DNA of 64,000 nucleotides from Spirochaetia bacterium. Lineage in GTDB: Bacteria > Spirochaetota > Spirochaetia > CADAEX01. Of this stretch, positions 1 to 9,341 are shown one piece after another. The stretch is from positions 61,942 to 125,941 of the forward strand of contig CAXXHA010000003.1 in assembly GCA_963662265.2 (NCBI GenBank), given 5' to 3'. Numbering within the stretch: the stretch's first letter is position 1; every line of letters starts with the position of its first letter. The notes beneath the pieces are model-generated. The model worked only from the letters and a program-made list of their open reading frames with translations, did not search any database and had not been told where the DNA came from. Position numbers and translations under genes: made by a program.

Positions 1-255
1 AAGCGGTCCCAGTTTTATCAGCGAGCCTGAATAGGTCATTACAAGAGCTCCTCTAGTCTCTGATGCGGAAAAAGAATCCGCAGGTTCAAGTTCATTTTCC
101 TCTATCTGTCTGTTGAAAACCTCATCTTTTTCAAGCCATCCGCCTGCCAGTATTTCAAGAGGATCTTCAGTGATGTCTGAAAGCTGTATATTGCCTGAAA
201 GCTGTTTCAGGTGGTTCTGGACTCTTTCCGATACCTTAGAAAAATTGTTTTCCAT
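1..255 (-). CDS. Uncharacterised protein (3'-truncated by the window edge), paralogue of the N-terminal domain of 663..1544
   Basis: Not in the ORF track. Manual translation from ATG at 255 (RBS GAGGGAG): MENNFSKVSERVQNHLKQLSG...LAGGWLEKDEVFNRQIEENELE...GALVMTYSGSLIKLGPL. This aligns with LAGIWNRKCTLFEQQINYLEME...AMIILTYSGSIISIGPL in 663..1544. Confidence 0.8.
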   Translation of the reverse strand, partial: MENNFSKVSERVQNHLKQLSGNIQLSDITEDPLEILAGGWLEKDEVFNRQIEENELEPADSFSASETRGALVMTYSGSLIKLGPL

Positions 256-332
256 TTTATTTCTCCCTCAGCAGATAATCTGCTTTTTTAAACTACCAAT
301 ACGGTTTAAAATGTAATTACATATTTTCTGTT

Positions 333-469
333 AAGCACATACTCCGGGGTATGTGCTTCTGATAGGAATGGATTGTATGTCGGGTCTGAGACTCAAAAAC
401 CATTCATATCCAAACCTTTCAATTTTTTTAAATTATGTTGCAAGCTACGGGATCAGACCCTCCTTGCGA
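333..469. ncRNA. Candidate structured RNA (three hairpins, two with complementary 8-nt loops)
   Basis: Hairpin at 333-358. Hairpin at 361-410 with loop GGGTCTGA (382-389). Hairpin at 438-469 with loop TCAGACCC (453-460). No known family recognised. Confidence 0.4.
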
Positions 470-662
470 ATAAATTAATTTATAACACAGATAATACACC
501 ATTTTCCAGAAATGTCCATAAAAATCGGTGAAATTTGAAAAAAATATGATATAATCATGAAAAACGGCTTGTTTCAGGTATTTTTTTACTGTTAAGGTAT
601 GTAAAATACATGAAAAGCCAGTTAAAAAAGACCTTGAAAAAGTCTTATACAGGAGTTGTAGT

Positions 663-1544
663 ATGCAGATTGAAAAGCTGCCTGAAGCAGTACAGGCACA
701 TCTTTTGCATTTAATCAGGAGTTCTGCCCTCCCTGATACTCCGGAATTCCGCTCCCGTCTTGCCGGAATCTGGAACAGGAAATGCACCTTGTTTGAACAG
801 CAGATAAATTATCTTGAAATGGAGCTTGTTGATAAAGTTGATACAAACGAATCAATGGCAATGATAATTCTCACATACTCAGGTTCTATAATAAGTATAG
901 GCCCTCTTAAGGAAACCAGGGATGTTGAATATGCGAGTATACACTTGAGGGCGGATGTTCCGAAATCAGTTGTCGTGACTGAGACAAATATCGACGGAGA
1001 GCTTCTCCGCGACAAGCCGGTATGTTTTAAAACAGGCGCAATAAAGAAGACTTCTCCCGCCTTTATGATAGCTGTTTGCGACAGTAATCTTGATCCCTCT
1101 GTTCAGTCTGAAAGAATCAGGGAAGCAATGATTTATCTTACAAACGGATTTCTCAAGATAAACCAGTCGATACATATTGACCGTAAGAGTGTGCCTGATC
1201 ATTTTACCGCGAAATCAATGGCAAGATATATTGCGAAAAGACATGACCTGACAGGTGCTGCTGTGCAGAATATTCTGGAAGATTTTTACTATCTTATTGA
1301 AACAGGAATGCTTCTCGGGGAAACTGTTCCGCTCGGCAAAATAGGACGGCTCTCGCTGAAGAAGAAAGAGGCCCAGAAAGCCAGAATAATAAGGCACCCT
1401 GAAACAGGAGAGGAGATTACTGTCAGGTCTAAGCCTTCAATGTATGTTCCCAGGATATCGTTCAGCAGCCATATAAAAGATAAGGCAGCTTCCCTTCCTG
1501 ATGACAGCAATTCAATAATCAGGATGGACTATGATGATGAATGA
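663..1544 (+). CDS. Uncharacterised N-terminal domain fused to a C-terminal HU/IHF-like DNA-binding domain
   Basis: 293 aa, RBS CAGGAG. The C-terminal segment AKSMARYIAKRHDL...GETVPLGKIGRLSLKKKEAQKARIIRHPETGEEITV...PRISFSSHIKD follows the HU/IHF pattern, including the 'R(N/H)PxTGE' arm. Confidence 0.8.
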   Translation: MQIEKLPEAVQAHLLHLIRSSALPDTPEFRSRLAGIWNRKCTLFEQQINYLEMELVDKVDTNESMAMIILTYSGSIISIGPLKETRDVEYASIHLRADVPKSVVVTETNIDGELLRDKPVCFKTGAIKKTSPAFMIAVCDSNLDPSVQSERIREAMIYLTNGFLKINQSIHIDRKSVPDHFTAKSMARYIAKRHDLTGAAVQNILEDFYYLIETGMLLGETVPLGKIGRLSLKKKEAQKARIIRHPETGEEITVRSKPSMYVPRISFSSHIKDKAASLPDDSNSIIRMDYDDE

Positions 1545-1841
1545 AAATTCAGATCTTATGCTTTTTTTGTGGAAATAAATTATACACATGCTTGATGTAA
1601 ATCTGAATTCTGTTCAATTTATTTGCATGACAGATTTAATGCCCTGCGGGCACTTTGCACCCTGCTGTGTGTTTTATCGCATTCTGTATGAATTAGATGG
1701 TATTAAAACTGCTATAAAATTATTTCATCGCAGACCAGTTTAACCAGCTGCCTTCAGCAGTTGTGTTGATCTGCGATGAATGGAATTCATATTACATCCT
1801 GCAGCATGTAAACATATTTATCAGGTGCTGAAAACAGATAA

Positions 1842-2360
1842 TTAAATAAACTCTGCAATTTCATCAAGCTGCTTTCTCTTTTTGTCACTTTTCTTTACAA
1901 ATCCTTTCGGTGTGTATCCGAGAGGTGTTATCACGAAAACCGTTTCCCCCTCTTCGAGTTCAAGCACTTTTTTAAGAATATCAGGATCGAATGCTGCAAT
2001 CCAGCATGTCCCTATCTCCTCGTTTTCCGCGGCAAGAATCATATGGTCCATGGCTATTGTAAGATCTGTTTCAAGCGAATTGTAATTATCATACCCTCTT
2101 GACCATGCCTCTGATCTCCTCCCTTTTACTATCAGTATGTGGGGTGCATCGTGAAACCACTCCCTGCTGTAGCATTGTCGCACCTTTGAAAGCATTTCTT
2201 CTGATGATACCACGACAAATTTCCACGGCTGCCTGTTTGCTGCCGATGGAGCTATTCTGCCGGCCTCAAGTATTTTCCTGATAATCTCTTCAGGTATTTT
2301 TCTCTCAGGATCATAACTCCTTATGCTTTCCCTTTCAGATATGACTTTGTAAAAATCCAT
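1842..2360 (-). CDS. Nitroreductase family protein
   Basis: Motifs RESIRSY, APSAANRQPWKF, MILAAENEEIGTCWI and PLGY. Confidence 0.92.
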   Translation of the reverse strand: MDFYKVISERESIRSYDPERKIPEEIIRKILEAGRIAPSAANRQPWKFVVVSSEEMLSKVRQCYSREWFHDAPHILIVKGRRSEAWSRGYDNYNSLETDLTIAMDHMILAAENEEIGTCWIAAFDPDILKKVLELEEGETVFVITPLGYTPKGFVKKSDKKRKQLDEIAEFI

Positions 2361-2801
2361 TATTTATCTCCTTTTTTCTATTGATATTATTATTTCAGAA
2401 GTCTAAAATTTTTTCCTCAGATGTTGCCCTCAAGGCACCTGTCCCCAAAGGGGGAATCTATAAGAAAAAACTATGTTTTTAGTATACAACAAATTATTAT
2501 TACACAAGAGGCTATAGTCTATATTAGAATAAAATGATGCAAAATTAAAAACATAGTTTTTAGAGATCCTCTTATATATTCCTGGACGCTTAAATGTGTG
2601 AAAAAAAATAAAAATGCATCCTGAGAAGCGAAATCCTGCATATGTAAACACATGCTTTTATAATTATACGTTATTTTGCATAAATATACTAATTTATTGC
2701 AATGTAATGAATTATTCTGCATAAATGCTATTTTTCTTTGCAATTTATCCTTATTCCCAATATAATGAAGTATTGCACATTTTTAAAAAGGAGAATTTCA
2801 G

Positions 2802-4379
2802 ATGAAAAGAATTGCTTTACTGCTTATTGTACTTATTGCAGTAACAGGCATGTTTATGTCCTGTTCGAAAAAAGCAGCCGAAAAAGAAGAAGTTGAATTT
2901 TTAGTATGGAACCAGTCTGAACCGCAGAGTCTTGACTGGCACCAGATCGAAGGTGTTCCTGAACACAGGATCTACTATTCACTTGGTGAAGGACTTGTAT
3001 CATCAAATCCTGAAACAGCAGAACCGGTACCCGGAGTTGCGGAAAGCTGGGATGTTGATGACACAGGACTTGTTTATACATTTCACTTAAGAAAAACTAC
3101 ATGGAGCGATGGTGAGCCTATAACAGCAAAGACATTTGTTGATTCATGGTTAAGAGTCCTCAATCCTGAAACTGCTGCACCTTATGCATGGTTTCCTGCT
3201 GATGTAATTGCAGGAGCTGCAGAATACAACAGCGGAGAAGCAGGACCTGAAGCTGTTAAAATCAGAGCTCTTGATGACTATACATTTCAGGTAGAACTTG
3301 TAGGTGCTATGCCTGCAATAGTAAGTGCATTCTCTCACTATGCATTTGCAATAGTTCCTATTCATGCTATTGAAAAGAACCCTGACAGCTGGACACAGCC
3401 TGAAAACTATGTTGGAAACGGACCTTTTGTACTTGAAGCATGGGAACCACAGGAAAAACTTTCTGTAGTTAAAAATGACAAGTACTGGGACAAGGAAAAT
3501 GTAAAACTCGACAGAGTTCTTTATATTCCTACAGATGATGACAATGTCGGATTCAACATGTATCTCAACAACGAAGTTGACTGGGCTCCTGAAGTACCAC
3601 TTGCTCAGCTTGAATCAGTTGTACTCAGAGATGACTATGTTGTAGCTCCATACCTTGGTGTTTACTACTATATTTTTCAGATGGAAAAAGAACCTCTTAC
3701 AGATGTAAGGGTAAGAAAAGCTCTTTCAATGGGTCTCGATAGAGATACTCTTGTCAAGAAAGTAACAGGCGCAGGCGAAACAGCTGCTTACAGCATGGTT
3801 CCCCCAATGGCTGGTTATACCCCAACTTCCGGTGTAAAGGGATCTATCGAAGATGCCAAAAAACTTCTTGCTGAAGCAGGATTCCCGGGCGGAAAAGGTT
3901 TTCCTGAAATTGAAATTCTCTATAACACAAGCGACAGACATCTGAAGATTGCAGAGTTTGTACAGGAACAGTGGGAAAAGAACCTTGGAATTAAATGTAC
4001 CCTTATAAATCAGGAATGGAAAACATACCTTGATACAAGAAAACAGGGTGAATTCATGGTTTCAAGAGCAGGCTGGATTGCTGACTATCCGGATCCAAGT
4101 TCTTTCCTTGAAATGTTCGGATCAGGCAAAGCTATGAACGGCGGAAAATATTCAAATAAAGTATTTGATGAAAACATGGAAGCTGCCGCAAGAATGGCTC
4201 CCGGACCTGAAAGATTTGCAAAACTCAGAAAAGCTGAAGATGTATTTATCACTGAAGATCATGGTGTAATGCCAATTTACCATTATGTTTCTCAGAGCAT
4301 GATTGATACAAATGTATGGGGCGGATGGTATCCCAATGCAATGGACTGGCATCCTACAAAATATATCTACAAAAAGTAG
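2802..4379 (+). CDS. oppA: Peptide ABC transporter substrate-binding lipoprotein
   Basis: Lipoprotein signal (FMSC); SBP family 5 motifs PGVAESW, YTFHLR..WSDGEPITA and GNGPF; first gene of a BCDF operon. Confidence 0.93.
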   Translation: MKRIALLLIVLIAVTGMFMSCSKKAAEKEEVEFLVWNQSEPQSLDWHQIEGVPEHRIYYSLGEGLVSSNPETAEPVPGVAESWDVDDTGLVYTFHLRKTTWSDGEPITAKTFVDSWLRVLNPETAAPYAWFPADVIAGAAEYNSGEAGPEAVKIRALDDYTFQVELVGAMPAIVSAFSHYAFAIVPIHAIEKNPDSWTQPENYVGNGPFVLEAWEPQEKLSVVKNDKYWDKENVKLDRVLYIPTDDDNVGFNMYLNNEVDWAPEVPLAQLESVVLRDDYVVAPYLGVYYYIFQMEKEPLTDVRVRKALSMGLDRDTLVKKVTGAGETAAYSMVPPMAGYTPTSGVKGSIEDAKKLLAEAGFPGGKGFPEIEILYNTSDRHLKIAEFVQEQWEKNLGIKCTLINQEWKTYLDTRKQGEFMVSRAGWIADYPDPSSFLEMFGSGKAMNGGKYSNKVFDENMEAAARMAPGPERFAKLRKAEDVFITEDHGVMPIYHYVSQSMIDTNVWGGWYPNAMDWHPTKYIYKK

Positions 4380-4408
4380 AGCCCTGTAGAGTTAATCAAT
4401 AAATAAAT

Positions 4409-4453
4409 ACAGGGGAGGCAGTTTTAATCAGATTGTTGATACTGTCTCCCTGT
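4409..4453 (+). terminator. Intercistronic hairpin after oppA (attenuator or mRNA stabiliser)
   Basis: ACAGGGGAGGCAG...CTGTCTCCCTGT imperfect inverted repeat followed by GTTTTCTTT. Confidence 0.5.
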
Positions 4454-4474
4454 GTTTTCTTTAAGAGGAATATA

Positions 4475-5404
4475 ATGACACGATATATCATAAGAAGATT
4501 TATTGGATTGTTTCCAACACTCCTTATCATTATAACAATATCATTTTTTATAATAAGAATAGCCCCGGGCGGACCTTTCGATGCAGAAAAAGCATTACCA
4601 AAACAGATAATGGAAAATATTGAGAAAAAGTATCATCTCGACGAACCGCTTATAAAACAGTATGCCAGATATATGATAAGTGTGATGAGGGGAGATCTTG
4701 GTCCTTCCTACAGGTACAAAGACCAGGATGTTAATTATTATATCGGAAAAAGTTTGCCAAATTCCCTGGTTCTGGGATCAATAGCAATGACACTGTCTCT
4801 GATTATGGGTATAACGGCCGGAATGATTTCTGCACTCAGGCAGAATACATGGGTTGATTACCTTGTCATGTCGATTGCTGTTATAGGAATAACCATTCCG
4901 CTTTTTGTAATAGGCCCTGTCCTTGTTTATATTTTTGCGATGAAACTTGGATGGCTACCGACGTCAGGGTGGATTACAGGAAGATTCGGATGGGTTACAA
5001 TTATTATGCCGGTTATTACTTTGTCTGCTGACAAATTTGCATATATTGCAAGGCTTTCAAGAGCAAGTATTCTTGAAATCCTCAGAAGTGATTATATCAG
5101 AACTGCAAAGGCCAAAGGGCTTAAAACATCAACAATTCTTGTTAAGCATGTCCTTAAAGGGGGGCTTCTCCCTGTGGTAAGTTATCTGGGGCCTGCTTTT
5201 TCTTCAGTACTCACAGGATCAATTGTTGTTGAGACTGTATTCCGTGTACCGGGACTTGGTAAGTTTTTTGTACAGTCAGCCCTTAACAGGGATTATACAC
5301 TAATACTCGGTACAGTTATCGTATATTCAGTAATACTCATAATCATGAATTTTATTGTAGATATTATTTATGCGTATCTGGATCCGAGAATTTCATATAA
5401 ATAG
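4475..5404 (+). CDS. oppB: Oligopeptide ABC transporter permease
   Basis: ATG 4475 after AAGAGG; motifs APGGPF, GDLGPSY, EAA-loop DYIRTAKAKGL and C-terminal LDPRI. Confidence 0.93.
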   Translation: MTRYIIRRFIGLFPTLLIIITISFFIIRIAPGGPFDAEKALPKQIMENIEKKYHLDEPLIKQYARYMISVMRGDLGPSYRYKDQDVNYYIGKSLPNSLVLGSIAMTLSLIMGITAGMISALRQNTWVDYLVMSIAVIGITIPLFVIGPVLVYIFAMKLGWLPTSGWITGRFGWVTIIMPVITLSADKFAYIARLSRASILEILRSDYIRTAKAKGLKTSTILVKHVLKGGLLPVVSYLGPAFSSVLTGSIVVETVFRVPGLGKFFVQSALNRDYTLILGTVIVYSVILIIMNFIVDIIYAYLDPRISYK

Positions 5405-5413
5405 GAATTAATT

Positions 5414-6497
5414 ATGTCTGCTGAAGAAAATAATAAAACAGCTTTGAATGAATTTGACCAGCCTGTGAAAGGGGTGAGCCTCTGGAACGATGCATGGAGA
5501 AGACTAAAGAAAAACAAGATGGCAATGTTCGGAATGTATGTTGTTATTTTTTATATTCTTATTTCTCTTTTTGCACCTGTTCTTCCTATATATTCATTCA
5601 AACACCAGATTATAGATCATCAGTTTCTCCCCCCCTTCATTAACCAAAAATGCGGGGCAGCTCTATTATGAGAGGACAGAGAAACAGATGAAGGCTCTTG
5701 CAAACAAGCAGAACAGGAAACTGAATGAAGAGGAGCTTGCAGAGCTTGAAGCGATCAAAGTCCAGATTGCTACTGAAACTGAGATTATAGATGGCAAAGA
5801 GGTCAAGATCCATGAGAGAAGGTATCTTTTCGGTACTGATTACCTGGGAAGAGACCTTCTTGCACGAGTCATATACGGAGGTCAGATTTCGATTGCTATC
5901 GGTTTTATCGGTACAATCACTTCTGTTCTGATCGGTATTGTTCTTGGCTCGATTGCCGGGTATGTAGGCGGGAAGGTTGATTATATAATAATGAGAATTG
6001 TCGATGTAATTTACGGGCTTCCATACATGATGCTTGTAATTATTTTTATGGCTATTTTCGGGAAAAATATTTTAAACCTCTTTCTTGCTCTTGCTATAGT
6101 AAGCTGGCTTACTGTTGCCCGTGTTGTAAGGGGACAGATAATGTCTCTCAAGAATTCCGAATTTGTGGAAGCTGCAAAGTGCGGAGGTGCGGGAACAATG
6201 CGGATTATATTCAAGCACCTGCTTCCAAATACACTTGGTGTAATTATAGTTTTTTCCACTTTGAGAATACCTACATTTATCATGCTTGAAGCATTTCTTT
6301 CTTTTCTGGGGCTCGGTATATCTGCTCCCCTTGCTTCCTGGGGTTCTCTTGTAGGACAGGCTGTTGACGGGATGAATCTCTATCCGTGGAGACTCTTTTT
6401 CCCTGCTGCGGCAATGACTCTTTTTCTTTTCGGGATGAACTTTCTGGGCGATGGACTCCGGGATGCGTTTGATCCGCAGGGAAAAAACAGATTCTAA
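5414..6497 (+). CDS. oppC: Oligopeptide ABC transporter permease (split by a probable indel)
   Basis: SLWNDAWRRLKKNKMA N-terminus, FGTDYLGRD, EFVEAAKCGGA and GDGLRDAFDP; the frame changes at the C7 run 5629-5635. Confidence 0.9.
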
Positions 6498-6513
6498 AGG
6501 AGCTTTTACATAG

Positions 6514-7515
6514 ATGAGTGATAATAGAGAAACAATACTTAGTGTTAGAAATCTAAAGACACACTTCAAAACAGATGACGGAATTGTAAAAGCGGTTGAC
6601 GGTGTCAGTTTTGAACTGAAAAAAGGGGAGACTCTCGGAGTTGTAGGAGAGTCCGGAAGTGGTAAATCTGTAACAAATCTTTCAATTATGAAGCTTATAC
6701 CATCTCCTCCAGGAAAAATTGTTGATGGTGAAGTTCTTTTCAACGGTGAAGATATACTGAAACTTGATGAATCTGGTATCAGAAATATCAGGGGAAACAG
6801 GATTTCTATGATATTTCAGGATCCGATGACAAGTCTGAACCCTTTCCTGAGAATATCAACCCAGCTGGTTGAAACAATTATACTTCATCAGAAAGTCGAT
6901 AAAACGGAAGCCCGGAAAAAAGCAATTGAAATGCTTGAACTTGTAGGTATTCCTGCGCCTGAAAAGCGTATTGACGCGTATCCGCACCAGTTTTCGGGCG
7001 GTATGAGACAGAGAGTTATGATTGCAATGGCATTAAGCTGTAACCCGGAACTTCTGATTGCAGATGAGCCGACAACAGCTCTTGATGTTACAATCCAGGC
7101 CCAGATTCTTGAGCTGATGAAAGAGCTTTCAGATAAACTCGGGACTGCAACAATTCTGATAACACATGACCTCGGGGTTGTTGCCGGAATGTGTGAAAAT
7201 ATCTGTGTAATGTATGCCGGAAGGGTAGTTGAAAAAGCAGATACTGACACGCTTTTTGCAAATCCCAAGCATCCATACACGATAGGGCTTATTAACTCTG
7301 TTCCCCGTCTTGATTTGGAGACCAGTGACCGGCTTTATTCGATTAAAGGCCAGCCGCCTAATCTTGTTGATATGCCGGAATGCTGTCCTTTCCATCCCAG
7401 GTGTGACAAGGCAATGGATATCTGCCGAAATAAATATCCCGAAACAATAAAAACAGATGATCATACCGAAGTAAGCTGCTGGCTTTACAGAAAGGAGGGG
7501 AATGATGGAGAATAA
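6514..7515 (+). CDS. oppD: Oligopeptide ABC transporter ATPase
   Basis: Walker A GESGSGKS, signature FSGGMRQR, Walker B LLIADEPT, C-terminal CPFHPRC. Confidence 0.95.
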   Translation: MSDNRETILSVRNLKTHFKTDDGIVKAVDGVSFELKKGETLGVVGESGSGKSVTNLSIMKLIPSPPGKIVDGEVLFNGEDILKLDESGIRNIRGNRISMIFQDPMTSLNPFLRISTQLVETIILHQKVDKTEARKKAIEMLELVGIPAPEKRIDAYPHQFSGGMRQRVMIAMALSCNPELLIADEPTTALDVTIQAQILELMKELSDKLGTATILITHDLGVVAGMCENICVMYAGRVVEKADTDTLFANPKHPYTIGLINSVPRLDLETSDRLYSIKGQPPNLVDMPECCPFHPRCDKAMDICRNKYPETIKTDDHTEVSCWLYRKEGNDGE

Positions 7516-8500
7516 AACACTGCTTGAAGTAAAAGATCTCAAGCTTCATTTCCCCATAGAAGAGGGACTTCTCTTCAAGAAACAGGTGGGAGCGATCCGG
7601 GCTGTAGACGGTATTGATTTTGCAGTACGTGAAGGGGAAACACTTGGTCTTGTAGGGGAGTCAGGATGTGGTAAATCCACTACTGCGCGGGCAATTGCAC
7701 AGCTTTACAAGGCAACATCCGGAGAAATAATATTCAATAACAAGAATCTTAATAATCTTTCCAGCCGGGAGCTTCTTGAAGAACGGAAAAACATCCAGAT
7801 GGTATTTCAGGATCCATATGCGTCCCTGAACCCGAGAATGACTGTAGGTGAAATAATATCTGAACCTCTTAAAGTCTATAAGAGCAGAGGGCTTATGGAT
7901 ATTACAAAAGAGGAAATTACCGACAGAATCGAGAATCTGATGGAGATCGTAGGCCTTTCGCACCTTTTTAAAAACAGGTATCCCCATGAATTTTCAGGGG
8001 GACAGAGACAGAGGATCGGAATTGCAAGGGCTCTTGCATTAAATCCGAAACTGATACTTGCCGATGAGCCTGTGAGTGCGCTTGACGTATCGATACAGTC
8101 GCAGATTCTGAATCTTTTTACAGATCTTCAGGAAAAATTCAACCTGACATATCTTTTTATTGCGCATGACCTTGCTGTAATTGAATATATCAGTACAAGG
8201 GTTGCAGTTATGTATCTTGGTAGAATTATGGAGATTTCTGATTCAAAGAAGCTTTATAAAAAGCCTCTCCATCCATATACCGAGGCGCTATTATCTGCAG
8301 CTCCGATTCCTGATCCTGTTGTAGAGAGAAAACGGAAAAGGGTTGTTCTTTCAGGCGATGTACCGTCTCCTGACAAGGAAAGACACTGCTGTTATTTCTA
8401 TGACAGATGTCCGAAAAGAATGCCGAAATGTGCGGAAAGTGTTCCTGTCCTTAAGGAAGTGGAAAAAGACCATCAGGTCGCATGCTTTCTGTATGACTGA
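7502..8500 (+). CDS. oppF: Oligopeptide ABC transporter ATPase
   Basis: GESGCGKS, FSGGQRQR, ADEPVSALD and HPYTEALL. Confidence 0.95.
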   Translation: MMENKTLLEVKDLKLHFPIEEGLLFKKQVGAIRAVDGIDFAVREGETLGLVGESGCGKSTTARAIAQLYKATSGEIIFNNKNLNNLSSRELLEERKNIQMVFQDPYASLNPRMTVGEIISEPLKVYKSRGLMDITKEEITDRIENLMEIVGLSHLFKNRYPHEFSGGQRQRIGIARALALNPKLILADEPVSALDVSIQSQILNLFTDLQEKFNLTYLFIAHDLAVIEYISTRVAVMYLGRIMEISDSKKLYKKPLHPYTEALLSAAPIPDPVVERKRKRVVLSGDVPSPDKERHCCYFYDRCPKRMPKCAESVPVLKEVEKDHQVACFLYD

Positions 8501-8544
8501 GAACAGCTTTTGCAGTAAGGCAAGCTGATTGCTGTAATAAATAT

Positions 8545-8579
8545 AAAGGCCGCCCGGTAAATAACCGGGTGGCCTTTTT
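8545..8579 (+). terminator. Rho-independent terminator of the opp operon
   Basis: AAAGGCCGCCCGGT-AAATA-ACCGGGTGGCCTTTTT. Confidence 0.85.
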
Positions 8580-8698
8580 GTTCGGCCATCTAATGACCTG
8601 ATCAAGTATCTCTGTTTTTGTGTGCTGACTGCTGATTATCTTTTTAAGATTGAAAATGATAATAGAAAGAAAATCTGAATCAGCTGATAAGGAATAAT

Positions 8699-9193
8699 TT
8701 ATTCCTTTACCGGAACACCGCAGAACCCGGCAATCAGTTCTGCATTTTTCATGAGTTTTTCCTTTTCCCTGAAATATACAAGTTCCATATCTTTTTCTGT
8801 TTCATTCCCGAAAACAAGAGTCATTTTCAAATACCGTGAGCTGCTTTTGTTTTTATTTCCCTTTCTGATTTCAGAAATCCTTATATGGTTTATATCAGAT
8901 AAATCTGCTGTTTCTTTTGAATAATAAAAAATGAGACCAAGTCTTTTTTCAACTGTCTTTTTTTCAATATCAAAGACCCATTTTTCCTCATAGAGAGTAA
9001 CAAAAACAGCCATTATGAAAAAAAGAAGCGGCAGGTAATCTGTTCCCCTTGCCCCTTCCTCAATGGGGAAATAAATCATTGAATAAAGTATGAACAGCGC
9101 GGAAAACAAAAAAACAAATCTCATCCACGGTGGAAGCCTGAGTTCCATTGTATTTTGTCCAGTCTGTTTCACCTGGAGAGCAATCTTAAACAT
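8699..9193 (-). CDS. Hypothetical membrane protein (2 TM helices plus a soluble domain)
   Basis: Long ORF with two hydrophobic segments; probable start ATG 9193, 6 nt after TATTAT. Confidence 0.7.
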   Translation of the reverse strand: MFKIALQVKQTGQNTMELRLPPWMRFVFLFSALFILYSMIYFPIEEGARGTDYLPLLFFIMAVFVTLYEEKWVFDIEKKTVEKRLGLIFYYSKETADLSDINHIRISEIRKGNKNKSSSRYLKMTLVFGNETEKDMELVYFREKEKLMKNAELIAGFCGVPVKE

Positions 9194-9341
9194 ATGAATA
9201 TAATACAATGCACCAGGTATTATGTCTTCTCCTTTTACAGAAAATAACTGTATTTTATGTCTGAGGTGTTAATAACATTTTTTCAATGATATGTATGTAA
9301 ACAATATAAAATGAGGAATATGTATGTGAAAATGAATTATA

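Noticed and set aside
340-420. TPP riboswitch (GGGG...CTGAGA present)
   Set aside because: The required CCTGAT...AATGCC.GCGTAGGGA half is absent and there is no thiamine gene nearby.
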